A DNA stretch of 64,000 nucleotides from Octopus sinensis (GCF_006345805.1 NC_043004.1:100564001-100628000); one strand, 5' to 3'. Shown: positions 39,701-53,470, counted from the first letter of the stretch. Numbers and translations are program-made. Notes: generated by a model from the letters alone, not told the origin.

Positions 39701-40029
39701 GCATATATGGATACTGGACGTCACCGGCAATAAACAACAAGCGATACGAAAACAAATGAGATAAATATGCAAACAACGAGAGAAAATGGGAAACAGGACA
39801 AGTAATACAAAGAAAACAAAGAATGACCCTTATCAGTTGTCGGCTGTCTATCTATTCCCTGTTTCGAGCAATTAACGACAATATGAGTCTTCGAAGACAG
39901 TTCCTTCCATAAATACCAAAATAAAAATTTGGATTTATGGAGGGTCAAATTTGGGAACAAAAACAGGACAGTGGAGACATATGTACACGTAAACGAATGG
40001 TGATTTAGAATCTGGGCAGGTGCCTTAAT

Positions 40030-42710
40030 CAGTGGCAGATCTACAATATTGGGGCCCTGAAGCTTAAACTTAAAATGGAGGTGGGGGAAATTTACAACTA
40101 GTAACAGTAGGGTGACATCCAACAAGTGTCACAGAATTTTCCTACCCTCGCAAGGATCTCCAGCTTGAGGCCCTGATAGACCAAATGGTGGATTTGTAAA
40201 GTGAAGTCCTTAAAACAGAGTCTGAAAGTGAGCAGACTTTCCACCAGAAACGAGGTGTATGTAATCATCGATATCTTCATCGATGTGGTTGTTCCATGGC
40301 AGATCACTACAAATATTTTCCAGGCGAAGCCTTATACTTTTAGAGTTATGGGGGTTGAAATTTAGGGAAGCGTTATATACATGCACGATGCATCATTAAG
40401 ATACATATGAAAATTACAAAATACTCTTTTTTCTCTTTTTTTTGCCAATAGATATTTTCATATGACAGCTTCATTGCAATGTCATTTTCTAGAGACAATA
40501 TGCATAAGGAATTTCAGAGCAATTCAGTCATGGTAGAGTGAAATTCATTCTTTATAAACGAAAGCTTTGAGGAACTCCTTTCTGCCTCACAGCTCATGAT
40601 AGGCATTGTCAAGTACAGCTTATTTGTAGTGGTAGTATTAGGGGACACAAGGCGGTTAGCTGGCAGAAACGTTAGCACGCCGGGTGAAATGCGTATCCGT
40701 ATTTCGTCTGCCGTTACGTTCTGAGTTCAAATTCCGCCGAGGTCGACTTTGCCTTTCATCCTTTCGGGGTCGATTAAATAAGTAACAGTTACGCACTGGG
40801 GTCGATATAATCGACTTAATCCGATTGTCTGTCCTTGTTTGTCCCTTCTATGTTTAGTCCATTGTGGGTACTAAAGAAATAAGTATTAGGGGACACTTCA
40901 GTTAATTGTTGTTCATAAATAAGCTGAAGACCTGTGCATTGCATTTTAGATGGTGTTTTCTTCTGTGTTCCGTGATTTCCTAAGGTGTAAATACTCTTTG
41001 AAATGATAACACTCTTTAATTGATTTGTGGTCAATATCGTCTTTGTAATGCGATATTATAAGTTTGATATTGTTCTCATCAAATTCTGAATTGTTAATCA
41101 ATTCTGAGAGAAACTTGAACCTTTTCGCAGTTTGCTTATATAGGTCCACATTCTTGCTTGACCGGATTATCAAGCAGTCATAGACTTGATTTAGAACTCC
41201 TATCCTTAATTTTTCAGCCACTTTCAAGGCTGCTCTATCACCTGTTCCATCAACAAATTTCGTTTGGAAACCTCAGAATAATTTGAGGTGATATATTCAG
41301 ATAAAACTTTTGCTGCTGTTGCATAGTGTGCAATTCTATCAGCTGAATTTTCTCGTAGTTCTTCAACAAATGAAAGCAAAGATGCTACCAGAAGGTAACC
41401 TACAAATACATTAGAACCAGGGGTTTGGAGTTTCTTACTTCTTTTGTTAAAACACTCCATAACTTCTTCCTAAACGACTGTTAAAATTGCATACTACAAT
41501 TTTACGAATTGTGGTATAAATTCATATAAATGCAACTCGCTTACATCTTCAAACATGTTTGAGAGTTTGTAAAATTTCCCTATATCCATTTTTAATTGAC
41601 CGGTCTGTTTCATAATGTGCAGATCAATTAATTACACTTAAGTTCTTTAGAGAAAAGGCTAGATTGCCTTGCGTGTTCAAAATCCCTCATCTTCGAAGAG
41701 ATTCAGAAAACAAAACATACAGCTCCTGCAAGATGCCAGAATAGTCGACAACTTCAGGTACAGTTGACACTGCCTTTTACCAAACAAGATTGAGTGACTG
41801 GCTTGAACATGCAACATAGTCTGCATATATATTTATGTTTTTAAGAAGTGCTTGCAGCCCTTTCTCCGAGCCTTTTCTGTTGGAAGCATTATCGTATGAC
41901 TGACAGCGGATATTACTAAGCAGAGCACTCATGGTTTGTGCACTATCAGTGACTTCACTGGTGCTTGCATGGCTTGTTTCAGTTGCAGCTGGTGACAAAT
42001 TTTTACTTGACATTGTAAAATAGTTTCATAGTTTTTGACATTTAGAAATTTCGTTAGATTGCTTTTCCTTGAGTTGGCGATTCTGGTATCCACTTAAGTA
42101 CTTTCTTGAAGACATTGCTATTCCTCTTGGTGCCTAGACCTCTGTGAAAAAAAATTGGGGTAATATTTTCATTAGCCACAACGAGACAGTGATTGATAAT
42201 ATATAGTCATAAATGAAGAACTGTTCATTTTGTACAAGGTGGTATTCCAACAATTTTTAAAGTAGAAAAAATTCTTTGTTATTGAACAGCTTGTAAGTCC
42301 GAAATTAGAAGGCATTGGTCATTAAATAATGGTGTGAAAATAAGAATTCTTATCTCTACCATGCTGATGTAGTGGTAGATATATTTGACAATGGGAGGGG
42401 CAAGGCCGAAGTTTCTAAACTAATTCGAGTAAAGCGAATTATCTGCGAGTCATCTGTACTTTAATGTGTTATGCTACTCCACACCGGCAGAAACATCAGG
42501 TGAACTGCTTGTGGCTAGACACGGCATGTCTAGACTGCGTAGGAGTATGATATGACGTCTACGAAGACTGGTAACAGCAAACTGCATAGCAAAATACTAA
42601 AATACCAAAATTGACAGAATGAAAAAATTAAGTTGCATCAGAAGGGTCCCTCCGGGATTAGGGGCCCTGAAGCTTAAGCTTCAGTAGTTTTTATGGTAGA
42701 TCCGCCACTG
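40030..42710 (-). mobile_element. Complete but decayed hAT (Tip100-like) DNA transposon
   Basis: TIRs cagtggcagatctac / gtagatccgccactg; 8-bp TSD GCCTTAAT at 40022-40029 and 42711-42718; transposase remnants on minus (CQSYDNASNRKGSEKGLQALLKNINIYADYVACSSQSLNLV at 41777-42013; 40946-41460); subterminal gggccctgaagcttaa near both ends. Confidence 0.92.
40649..40881 (+). mobile_element. CORE-SINE family A nested in the hAT
   Basis: 15-bp TSD AGTATTAGGGGACAC. Confidence 0.92.
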
Positions 42711-42978
42711 GCCTTAATAGTACTCTGTTACAACGTGTTCGCTACTCCCACCTGCGTGAAAACAATTTGAAATAAAGATGTAAAGATACGCCTACCCTGG
42801 ATGAATATAAGGTGCAAAAGTAACGATTGAATGTACATAAATGCTGCATCAAGGGACAGTGGGGCATTCTGTCGAGATTGAAATCTAACGTGAATGTTAT
42901 AAGATGAATACTATAAAAATAAATGTTGAAGATGTATAATAATTCTCCATTCTTCTGCGTGTATATATATATATATAT

Positions 42979-43185
42979 TCACCATTATTGATCGCTAGCT
43001 ACTAAACGGTTTTTATTTTCTCTCTGTTTATTTTGTTGTTCCTTTCTGTTGAAGAGCGTAGGCTCGAAATGTAAAAGACAGTCTCACTTCCCGAGCGTTA
43101 AACTAATACATCTGTTTGTTGTGCACACACCCGTCTTCGTCTTTTGTTTTGTTTTTGTCTTTTGTGTTTTTTTGTAAATTCCAAC
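42979..43185 (+). mobile_element. pLTR-like unit with a hammerhead motif (CUGUUGA core)
   Basis: 43042-43077 cttt-CTGTTGA-a-gagc-gtag-gctc-GAAAT-GTA-aaag; (TA)n on both sides. Confidence 0.65.
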
Positions 43186-43227
43186 TATATATATATATAT
43201 ATTATATATATATATATATATAATATA

Positions 43228-43267
<40 letters not shown>

Positions 43268-43297
43268 GAAAGTTGGTTTGTGAAAGCACGTGGTTGA

Positions 43298-43588
43298 ATA
43301 TATAGAAAATAGTAAAAAATGAAAAACTACAGAAGGCTTGTTTTAAAAGTTAAAAATATATATATTTGAGTCAATATGTCTGAAGAATGTTATAAATTTT
43401 TTTTCTTACAATGACATAGTTTAGAAATTTGAAAAGCTGAACGCGAAACCGGTCATTTCTTCTAAACTATGTCATTGTAAGAAAAAAAATTATAACATTC
43501 TTCAGACATATTGACTCAAATATATATTTTTTAACCTTTTAAAACAAGCCTTCTGTAGTTTTTTCACTTTTTACTATTTTCTATATAT
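43298..43588. repeat. Foldback with 129-bp arms; the spacer is a decayed hammerhead core
   Basis: 43298-43426 is the reverse complement of 43460-43588; centre gaaat-TTGAAAA-gc-tgaac-gc-GAAAC-CG-GTC-atttc. Confidence 0.9.
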
Positions 43589-43661
43589 ATACACGATTAT
43601 GCACATAAATGCAAAACAAGGTGGAAAAAATAATACTCGAATACCGAAGATAGAGTAATAT

Positions 43662-43797
43662 GCTGTTTTAATAAAAATGCAAAAACATCACAAAAACTGC
43701 TGCTCAGAGTTTCACCTTTACAACTGTTCGACGAACGTGTACGTGAAACTCTGAGTAGCAGGTTTTGTGATGTCTTTACAGCTTTAATAAAAACAAG
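43662..43797. repeat. Inverted repeat around a hammerhead-like motif
   Basis: acatcacaaaaactgctgctcagagtttcac / gtgaaactctgagtagcaggttttgtgatgt; centre ctgt-TCGACGA-acgtgtacgt-GAA-ACTC-t-GAGT-A-gcag. Confidence 0.7.
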
Positions 43798-43815
43798 TAT
43801 AAATATATATGGTGT

Positions 43816-44184
43816 GTGGAGGCGCAATGGTCCAGTGGTTACGGCAGTAGACTCGTGGTCACAGGATCGTGGTTTCGATTCCCAGACCGGGCGTTGTGAG
43901 TGCTTATTGAGCGAAAACACTTAAAGCTCCACGAAGCTCCGGCAGAGTGTGGTAAACCTTGCTGTACTCTTTCACACAACTTTCTCTCACTATTTCTTCC
44001 TGTTTCTGTTGTACTTGTATTTCAAAGGGTCAACCTTGTCACATTCTGTGTCATGCTTATTTCTGCCCGAGAACTACATTAAGGGGTACTCGTGTCTGTG
44101 GAATGCTCAACTATTTACACGTTAATTGCTGGCAGTTCTCTTGATTAGGCCAACTGGAACCCTTGTCGTCGTAACCGACGGAGT
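43816..44184 (+). mobile_element. SINE, family C, tail type 1
   Basis: End-to-end homologue of 3281-3666. Confidence 0.88.
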
Positions 44185-44430
44185 ACCGTATGGTATATAC
44201 ATATATTTGCCAACTAAGTATGGCGTCCTATACAGAACAATGCTACTGTTGTTTATAGCCCCAGGAAGGCATCTCCTCCAGCTGGCTAACGACACACAGT
44301 CTGTGGCCGATTAGTATTTGCGAGGGGAGGTCATCGCTCCCATCGCTAGCCTTACGTGATACACACAATCCCGCGTTTCTGAGTGATTACCCCTCCTGAG
44401 CGTGTGTTAATCACTAGCTAGTGATTATAT

Positions 44431-44465
<35 letters not shown>

Positions 44466-44728
44466 CAAAATAAGAAAATGGAGGAATAGATTTCTTTCAA
44501 TCATCAACTTCCAGATAATACCAATTCATATAATTTATTAACTAATTATTTAGATTAAATAGGAACATCCAAATCCAACAGAATAAGACAGAATAAAACA
44601 ATATCCATCAATAAGTAAGATAATACCATAAGAATAATACATATACTGGCAGTATATTGGATAAATGATATCCCATAGTGGGTTACACTCATAACCCCTA
44701 TCTCACTTTGTACTTATATATATATATA

Positions 44729-44932
44729 GTTAATCCCAACATGAACAAAGAGAAAACACAACAACGCGAGGACGTGGAACAAGTATAGTGCTATTGGACG
44801 CTCAGGAAATGAAAGAAAGATGTAGGATTTAACGTTTCGAGCGGAGTTCTTCGTCAGAAACATAGAAAAAGGAAAGGTCCAAGGAAGGGAAGTCGGAGAA
44901 AGAAAATCGCCAACGATACACACGTGGTCACA
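44729..44932 (-). mobile_element. 204-bp hammerhead-bearing unit in (TA)n
   Basis: Minus: gttt-CTGACGA-a-gaac-tcc-gctc-GAAAC-GTT-aaat; same boundaries as 56471-56673. Confidence 0.75.
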
Positions 44933-45139
44933 TATATATATATAAGTATATATAGATATATATATACTTGTAAAGAAAGGAAAACTTATGTACCTTTTTT
45001 TCCTTGTTTCAGTCATTGGACTGTTTAGATAGCACCCTATGAAAACATTTAAAGGAAAATATCATCAATGGTTGGATTTGAACCTGTGGCTCCTGAATTA
45101 GAAGTCTAGCACGCTGCCGCTTTGGTAAAGGAACAATTA

Positions 45140-45440
45140 GAGCTAATTTACATGCATAAAAATGTTATGATAATGAAATTATTGTATACAGTGCTCAGGT
45201 GCACCACAACTTGTGAAAAATGCGTATAAAGCATATGCAGTAATGTACAAATGCCTGGGAAGTGAACAGTGTATGAGTCAGATATATGCTTGCGTTTGTA
45301 TGGAGGGGAGAAAATCAGGTGTAGTGTTGGTGAATCTCAGGAAGCATGGAAGTTTTGAAGGATGCAGTGCTCCGACAACTAACAACTGATGCCGGCAGTT
45401 TGTTCCATACTTCAGCAACTCTTAGCATGAAAAAAATGTT
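45140..45440 (-). mobile_element. CR1/L2-type LINE 3' end
   Basis: FFMLRVAEVWNKLPASVVSCRSTASFKTSMLPEIHQHYT* matches the FF..RVV..WN.LP..VV...S...FK motif. Confidence 0.8.
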
Positions 45441-45734
45441 GCTCTCCACACACACACACATACACACACACACGTCTTCGCTATTCACACCACGAAAAAA
45501 ATCTGTTAAATCCACTTCTCACTTAGTTTATGAGGTGACAAATGTTTTTCTCGTACAACTAGAAACTGGTGACTGATGTACTTTCAACACAAAATTATGA
45601 CAACTCAAGAAACAAATGAAAATTAATTAAAGAGCTACTGTATTTTTCAATGTCGTCAACGGCACATTCACGATGTATTTCCTTCAGTTTGTATTTATTA
45701 TTTTTTGTATCAATTTACACACACACGCAAACAT

Positions 45735-45888
45735 AGGCGCAGGAGTGGCTGTGTGGTAAGTAGCTTGCTTACCAACCACATGGTTCCGGGTTCAGTGGCA
45801 CCTTGAGCAAGTCTCTTCTGCTATAGCCCCGGGCCGACCAATGCCTTGTGAGTGGATTTGGTAGACGGAAACTGAAAGAAGCCTGTCG

Positions 45889-45946
<58 letters not shown>

Positions 45947-46165
45947 TGTGTGTGTGTGTCTGTGTTTTTGTGTCTGTGTTTGTCCCCCTAGCGTTGCCTG
46001 ACAACCGATGCTGGTGTGCTTACGTCCCCGTCACTTAGCGGTTCGGCAAAAAGAAACCGATAGAATAAGTACTGGGCTTACAAAGAATAAGTCCCGGGGT
46101 CGATTTGCTCGACTAAAGGCGGTGCTCCAGCATGGCCACAGTCAAATGACTGAAACAAGTGAAAG
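45735..46165 (+). mobile_element. SINE, family B
   Basis: aggcgcaggagtggctgtgtgg head; consensus body. Confidence 0.9.
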
Positions 46166-46204
46166 ATTGAAACAGAGAGATATAAAATGTACTCTTTCAC
46201 ACTC

Positions 46205-46245
<41 letters not shown>

Positions 46246-47254
46246 ACCAGCAATTATCTCCTCTTATACTTATTTCTATACAAGGATAACCCCCCTATAT
46301 ATGTTCAGAGCACCTAACCAGTTCCTACCTTGCTAACACCTCACATAGATCCGCATTCCCACATGGCCCTTAATAAATCCCTTTATTTCGTTTATCTTTT
46401 TCCTCTGACCTCCTTTCCTTCACTTTTTATTTTTGATCTTTATTCTGGATCAAGATTAGCGCCCGAAACGTTAATATTACTTAACTGCTTTTCCAGCGTT
46501 AAACTTTTACATTTTTTAAATCCTCTCGTCTCCGTGTAGTCCTTTTTGTTGCTCGTTGTCCTTACACACACACACATATACACGCACATACATACTTACA
46601 CACATATATACATACATATATATTGTGTATTATATATATACACAACACAACACAATACTCACACAATACACACTACACAAAACACTCACGGGTAACTTTA
46701 GCAAGATCGCGGCCCCGGGGTTTTCAGAGATATTTTGACGCACGTAACTAGACTGCTTCCAGATCCTGTTGAGAACCTATTCTCACGGCTGAAAATTCTA
46801 TTCTCAAATAGACCTTAAATCTTCAGTCAAGCTTTCTTTTTAATGAAGATGATGACATAAATGAAATTTTAAAGTAGTAGTTATTTTGCCTTGTAGAAAA
46901 ATATAGTTCTGATAAAATATGAACAGATTAGACAACTTTTGACGTAGGATATAAAATATATTATTCTATCCATATTGATAGTAAAAATTATACCAAATCT
47001 GTAATCTGGTAAAAATAAAAAATGTCTATTGAAAGATACTGAGATGTATATAACTTGCAGATTTTCATAAATATTCAAATCTGACCTTTACTAACCTAAC
47101 ATAATGATAGGTTAGGGGAAGTTAAGCAAGGTTAGTCGTGTTTATTTATATATAAAAAAAAGTTCAATTGCAAAATATATTTCTGTATATTAATAGCTGC
47201 GGTAAAATCAGTTCTTTCTATTTTAGGCAAAATTCAGCAATTATCGAGAGAAAG

Positions 47255-48058
47255 AGTTAGTTGATTAAATCGACCCCAGTACGTGAATGGTTTTCTATTT
47301 TATCAACCCCGAAAGGATGAAAGGAAAAATTGAACTGCGGCCGGATTTGAACACAATGCATCAAGCGTCCTAAGAATTGCTACTGAGTATTTTGTCTCTC
47401 TATCGACTCAGCCAGTTCATCACCTTAACAACCCTCGTAAGAATCCGTTCTACTATAAGCGCAAGGCCAGAGATTTTGTGAGAGGGAGATAGTCGATAAC
47501 ACGGACCTCGGTGCGTAACTCGTATTTATATGATCTACTAACATCTGAGATAAATAACGGTTTAAGATTTTGGCACAAGGCCAGCAATTTCGGGTGAGGG
47601 AGTAAGTCGATTAAATCTTTCTCCGTGAGAAAGTTGAAAGTCGACCTCGTTGAAATTTGAACTCAGAGCATAAAGACGGATGAAATGCTCAGAATTTTAC
47701 ACGGCGTGCTAAAGATTGTGCCAACTCGCCGCCTACAAGGCCTGACATTTACATCGACCCTTGTGAGTGGATTTGGTAAACGGAAACTGCAAGAAGCCCG
47801 TTGTAGATATGTATATGTATATATATATGTGTATGTATTTTTTTTGTGTGTGTGTATTTGTGTGTCTGTGTTTGTCCTTCCAGCATCGCTTGACAACCGA
47901 TGCTGGTGTGTTTACGTACCCGTAATCTAGCGGTTCGGCAAAAGAGACCGACAGAATAAGTACTAGGTTTACAAAGAATAAGTCCTGGGGTCGATTTGCT
48001 CGACTAAAGGCGGTGCTCCAGCATTTGACTCCACAGTCAAATGACTGAAACAAGTAAA
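47255..48058. mobile_element. Cluster of degenerate family A fragments plus a 5'-truncated family B SINE (47758-48058)
   Basis: CORE remnants on minus; family B body and tail on plus. Confidence 0.7.
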
Positions 48059-48490
48059 ACAGTATATACGCACACATATGCACATGTGGGTGTGTTTATA
48101 TGCGTATATATATAATATATATATATATATGCATATAGCTTCTGTCTTAGCCTTGAGTTAACCCAGATCTTGATCTTGTAAGTGACACTGGAATATTCCA
48201 CTACTTACAGGCTAATTCAATGAACAGGTATTTCAGTTGATTGAACAGCCGTACAATCATCGGCGAAAGGGACGGAGACCCTTTCACTGTGCATACATAT
48301 GGAGAAATAGTGTTATAATATTTCATAGGCAGCATAAAAAGCTAATAAATTGCTGTAAGGAATAAACAATATTACACAATATCTGCAAATATTTTCGCTT
48401 TTTTTTCTAGCAAGTAGCGGAGAAATTCCTGACATGTTTGAATAAAAATGCTCACAAATTCTATGGTGTAGCTAGCCTCAGGTGTATATA

Positions 48491-48530
<40 letters not shown>

Positions 48531-48949
48531 ATCATATATATTCATATATATATACGTTATATACAACATGCATACATATGTACGTGTATATACATGTGTA
48601 TGTATACGTATATATATGTATTTATAACTCTATGTGTATGTATATATATATATATATATGCACGTACATAGTTATTTATGTGTGGCTGATGCATAAACAC
48701 ACACTCACAAACACATATACGCGCTTTTACATGCACAGACACACACACGTATATATATATATCATTATATGTATATATATTATTAAAAATATATTAGCGT
48801 TAAATGTATTAACACAATCTTCACTATTGTTTTTCATACGTAGGGCGTTATCCGTATATTTCATTTCTAAACAATTCTGTTTTCCTTCCCCGACATTTAC
48901 AACCTCTTTCACTTTCTCTCTCCTTATCCTCTGTTTTTCTCTTTCTTTT

Positions 48950-48987
<38 letters not shown>

Positions 48988-49107
48988 CACTATCTTCCTA
49001 TATCTCTTTCGTCGAATATATATGCACACGCACATATCTGTATTTATATGTACACATATACATAGATTAAAGATAGATGCCAATGAATTCCTACTTTCCT
49101 ATTTTTG

Positions 49108-49151
<44 letters not shown>

Positions 49152-49740
49152 CACACAGACACACACACACACACACATACACACACACACACACACACAC
49201 TTATATCTTGGTCGGGTATAATTATATGCTTATGTTAGCATTCATTGCCGTAAGAATGTATGCATGTATAATACAGACACACACTCATACATAGACACGC
49301 ATATATTTATACATACGCATATATTTATACATGCATATATTTATACGCATATATTTATACACGCATATATTTATACATACACATATATAAGTAGATACAT
49401 AAGCACCTACTTACATACTTATACCCTCTGTTGTGCTCTCCTGAGATCATGCAAGAAAAATAAATAGGATGCCAGTACATCTTCGAAACAGTTTGTTATA
49501 TCAGTTTACATACAACAATGTTTGTGTTCTCTGTAGTTATGTTCGTGATGTTATATGTGTGCTGATGTCTGCATGGAGGGAAGTGTGTCTTTCGAGACGA
49601 TGACTGATGGTGAATATATTATATATGTATTAGAATCGTTTAAATATTGAATGAGAGAGCTATTGTTAAAGGACTATCTGGTGAGACATATACACGTTCA
49701 AGAATGTATGTATGCAAGCATATATACCAGAGTATCTACA

Positions 49741-49780
<40 letters not shown>

Positions 49781-49799
49781 CTGTATATATGTATACACA

Positions 49800-49857
<58 letters not shown>

Positions 49858-49859
49858 GT

Positions 49860-50006
49860 GGCTGAGTGGTAACAAGCTAACTTCCCAACCACATGGATCC
49901 GGTTTCAGTCCCGCTGCATGGCACCTTGGGCAGAATCTAAAAGAAACCCGTCGTACATAGGTATATACGTGTGTGTGGTGTGTGTGTGTGTGTGTGTTAG
50001 TGTGTG

Positions 50007-50062
<56 letters not shown>

Positions 50063-50200
50063 CGTGTTTTCCACCATCACCGCTTGGCAACTGGTGTTGG
50101 TATGTTTACATTCCAGTAACCTGGGGGTTCAGCAAAAGAGACAAATAGAATAAGTATCATTCGTCATGACCGCAGTCAAATGACTAAAACAAGTAAAAAA
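49860..50200 (+). mobile_element. Degenerate SINE, family B
   Basis: ggctgagtggtaacaagct...gcaccttgggca...gcagtcaaatgactaaaacaagtaaa. Confidence 0.7.
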
Positions 50201-50247
50201 ATTAAAGCAACAGACAGATAGAAAGATAGATAGATGAATAAATTGAT

Positions 50248-50356
<109 letters not shown>

Positions 50357-50426
50357 TATTAGGTAGATAGATAGATAGATAGATAGATTATTAGGTAGAT
50401 AGATAGATAGATAGATAGATAGATGA

Positions 50427-50456
<30 letters not shown>

Positions 50457-50457
<1 letters not shown>

Positions 50458-50610
50458 TGTTTCTTTATTAGCCACACAGGGCTGCACACAGATAGAACAA
50501 TTACAAGGTAGAGCTTTTCTTTGAAGGTTTAAAAAAAAAAGAAAAGAAAAAAGCAAGGGGAGAGTTCGATCAAAAGGGATCGTAAAAGGAGAGAAGAGGA
50601 CAAAAAAGGA
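50457..50610 (-). mobile_element. L1-Tx1 LINE 3' end, copy d
   Basis: Same 3' end as copy a; (GATA)n on both sides. Confidence 0.8.
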
Positions 50611-50632
50611 GATAGAGAGATAGATAGATTAT

Positions 50633-50702
<70 letters not shown>

Positions 50703-50723
50703 TTAGATAAATAGATAGATAAT

Positions 50724-50787
<64 letters not shown>

Positions 50788-50790
50788 TAT

Positions 50791-50831
<41 letters not shown>

Positions 50832-50954
50832 GATAATAGATAGACAGACAGACAACAGACAGACAGATAGATAGATTATTAGATAGATAGATAGATAGAT
50901 AGAGATATGATAGATAAACAGATAGATAGATAGATAGATAGATAGACAGATAGA

Positions 50955-52175
50955 TATGTTTCTTTTATTAGCCACACAGGGCTGCACACAGATAGAACCA
51001 ATTACAAGGTAGAGCTTTTCCTTTGAAGGTATTAAAAAAAAAAAAAAAAAAAAAGGAAGGGGAGGTTCGATCAAAAGGGATCGTAAAAGGAGAAAAGAGG
51101 ACAAAAATAAGGGGGTTTAAAAAAAAAAAAAAAAAAGGAGGGGGGAGAGGAAAAAAAATGATCAATAGGGATCGTTATCACAGAAATGTCAATATGAAGT
51201 GTAAAGGGGAGACAGGTGAGGTTTACCCGTGGAAAGAAAAGCCTGCGGAAAAGACCACGGTAACCTCGGTCAATGAAGTCACATTTTATATTTCTTTTTT
51301 TTTTTTTTTTTTTTGCAAATAAGCAACTCTCTGTTTTCGATTTCTGGGTTCATAGGACTATGCTCAAGGTGGCTTCGTCATTCATACGTGCCATTCTTGC
51401 TACATTCACCCATCTTTTTTAAAACATTCGCTAGACAAAACTTCCTCTCTACTCTCACTTTCCTTTTCAAGTGGTACTTGAAGAAGTTGATGAGAGATTG
51501 ACCAGAGAGGAAAGTGTTTGTCTCCAATCCTTTCAGACGCGTCCACCAGATACATTCTTTCGCCTAGCCACAAGGATGATGAAAATAGCTCTTCCTTCCC
51601 GTTTGAAGGAAGGAGGCGTGACAATATTGACGATAGACTCAGCTGATAAACCGACTCTCGTCCCACACGTGACAGCAGTTGTTCGACATAAGCCCACAGG
51701 TCGGAAATTGTTGGACACTGAACGAGTGCGTGCAGAACGGTTTCGTCGCTCTGACCGCATTTCGGGCAGGTCGGCCCCGTGTTTTCTCGAGCCTTGTCTG
51801 TAGAGCTTATCCCGAACGGGTAGCGCTTCTCGGTAGCACTGCCAGGCCGGGATCTCTGGAAGTTGTCCATGGGCCTGGCCCGAAAGTCGTCGTCCCGAAC
51901 AGGCGGGTCAGGTACACCTCGTCGACGTCCAGGTTCGCCCCGAGCTCGTCGTCGTACCTCCCCTCCACTAAACCCCTATAGAATGCTTTGGTTTGTTGAA
52001 GTCACTTAAGGTCGACCAGGACGGCAGATTGCTTTGAGAGCAACGCGACACTCGCGGTGCCATTCGCCCTTCCTCGGCCTCTTTTTGATCCACGACTGCA
52101 GTTCGGTCATGGAGACGAGCTGCGGAAAGCGTGCCTCACAGCTCGTCTCCATGACCGAACTGCAGTCGTGGATCA
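50955..52175 (-). mobile_element. L1-Tx1 LINE 3' 1.2 kb, copy e, with a zf-RVT-type zinc finger
   Basis: AWQCYREALPVRDKLYRQGS then TCPKCGQSDETVLHALVQCPTISDLWAYVEQLL (frameshifted); GC-rich; (GATA)n on both sides. Confidence 0.9.
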
Positions 52176-52182
52176 GATAGAT

Positions 52183-52241
<59 letters not shown>

Positions 52242-52272
52242 GATAGATAGATAGATAGACAGATTGATTGTT

Positions 52273-52772
52273 AGATATGTTTCATTATTAGCCAAACAGG
52301 GCTGCACACAGTCGGGACAGATTACACAGTAGAGCTTTTCTTTTTGGGGAGAAAAGAAAAAAAAATGCGGGATGGGTTTTCGATCAAAAGGGATCATAAA
52401 AGGGAAAGAAAAAAAATGAAAAAACGATCAATAGGGATCGTGTATCACAGAAATGTCATGATGTAAAGTGTAAAGGGGGAAGCAGATAATGTTTACCCGT
52501 GGAAAGAAAAGCCTACGGAAGAGACCACGGTAACCACGGTCAATAATGCTACTACATGTTACCACATTGCTTTGCAAGTAGGTAAATCTCTGTTTTAAAT
52601 TTTTCCGGGTTCATAGGATTATGCTCAAGGTGGCTTCGTCATTCATACGTGCCATCCTTGCAACATTCACCCATCTTTTTTTGAAACATTTGCTAGACAA
52701 AACTTGCCTCTCTACTCTCACTTTCCTCTTCAAGCGATTCTTGAAAGAAGTTGATGAAAGATTGACCAGAGA
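52273..52772 (-). mobile_element. L1-Tx1 LINE 3' end, copy f (diverged)
   Basis: Same ORF2 end and 3' UTR blocks; 3' end in (GATA)n, 5' end in non-GATA DNA. Confidence 0.82.
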
Positions 52773-52806
52773 ATGTTTAATTGTAATTTTGTGTTTGTAG
52801 GTGGTT

Positions 52807-52853
<47 letters not shown>

Positions 52854-53212
52854 ATGTGTGCATCTGTGTGTCTCTTCCAGAGTGAGTTTTACTTGCATGT
52901 TATTATCGGTGTCAGCACTTACTGGTACTTTTGGACGAGTGAATGCCTAACTGTGTACACAAGTATTGGTCACATGTATCTTTTGGTCTCATGAATACGT
53001 TGTTGTAGAATTAAAGAGATAATAAAATGATCGTCAAAGATAAAGTACGTAATAATTGAATCGATAAGAGGTGAAAGCTTAAAAGTTCTGTGTTACGAGT
53101 GGGTATTGTAGAGTATTCAAACAGTGATTTTGTAGTTAGGCGTGATGGGTGTATGCTATTTCATGTGTGTATGGTTTGGTTGTAATTTTTGTTTTCTATA
53201 ATTATATTATAT

Positions 53213-53470
53213 GTGGAGGCGCGTGGCTTAGTGGTTAGGGTGTCAGCATCATGACCGTGAGATTGTGGTTTCGATTCCTAGACCGGTCGACGCGTTGTGT
53301 TCTTGAGCAAAACACTTCCTTTCATGTTGCTCCAGTCAGCTGGCAAAAATGAGTAACGCTGCGATGGACTGGCATTCTGTCCAGCTGGGGAACACACACG
53401 CCATTGAAACCGGGAAACCGGGCCCATGAGCCTGGCTAGGATTTTAAAAGGGCACATTTATCTTTTTTAT
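53213..53470 (+). mobile_element. SINE, family D
   Basis: Homologue of 25493; TSD TATAATTATATTATA. Confidence 0.88.

Noticed and set aside
45066-45125. tRNA-Arg(UCU)-like sequence on minus
   Set aside because: No acceptor stem; a decayed SINE head, not a tRNA gene
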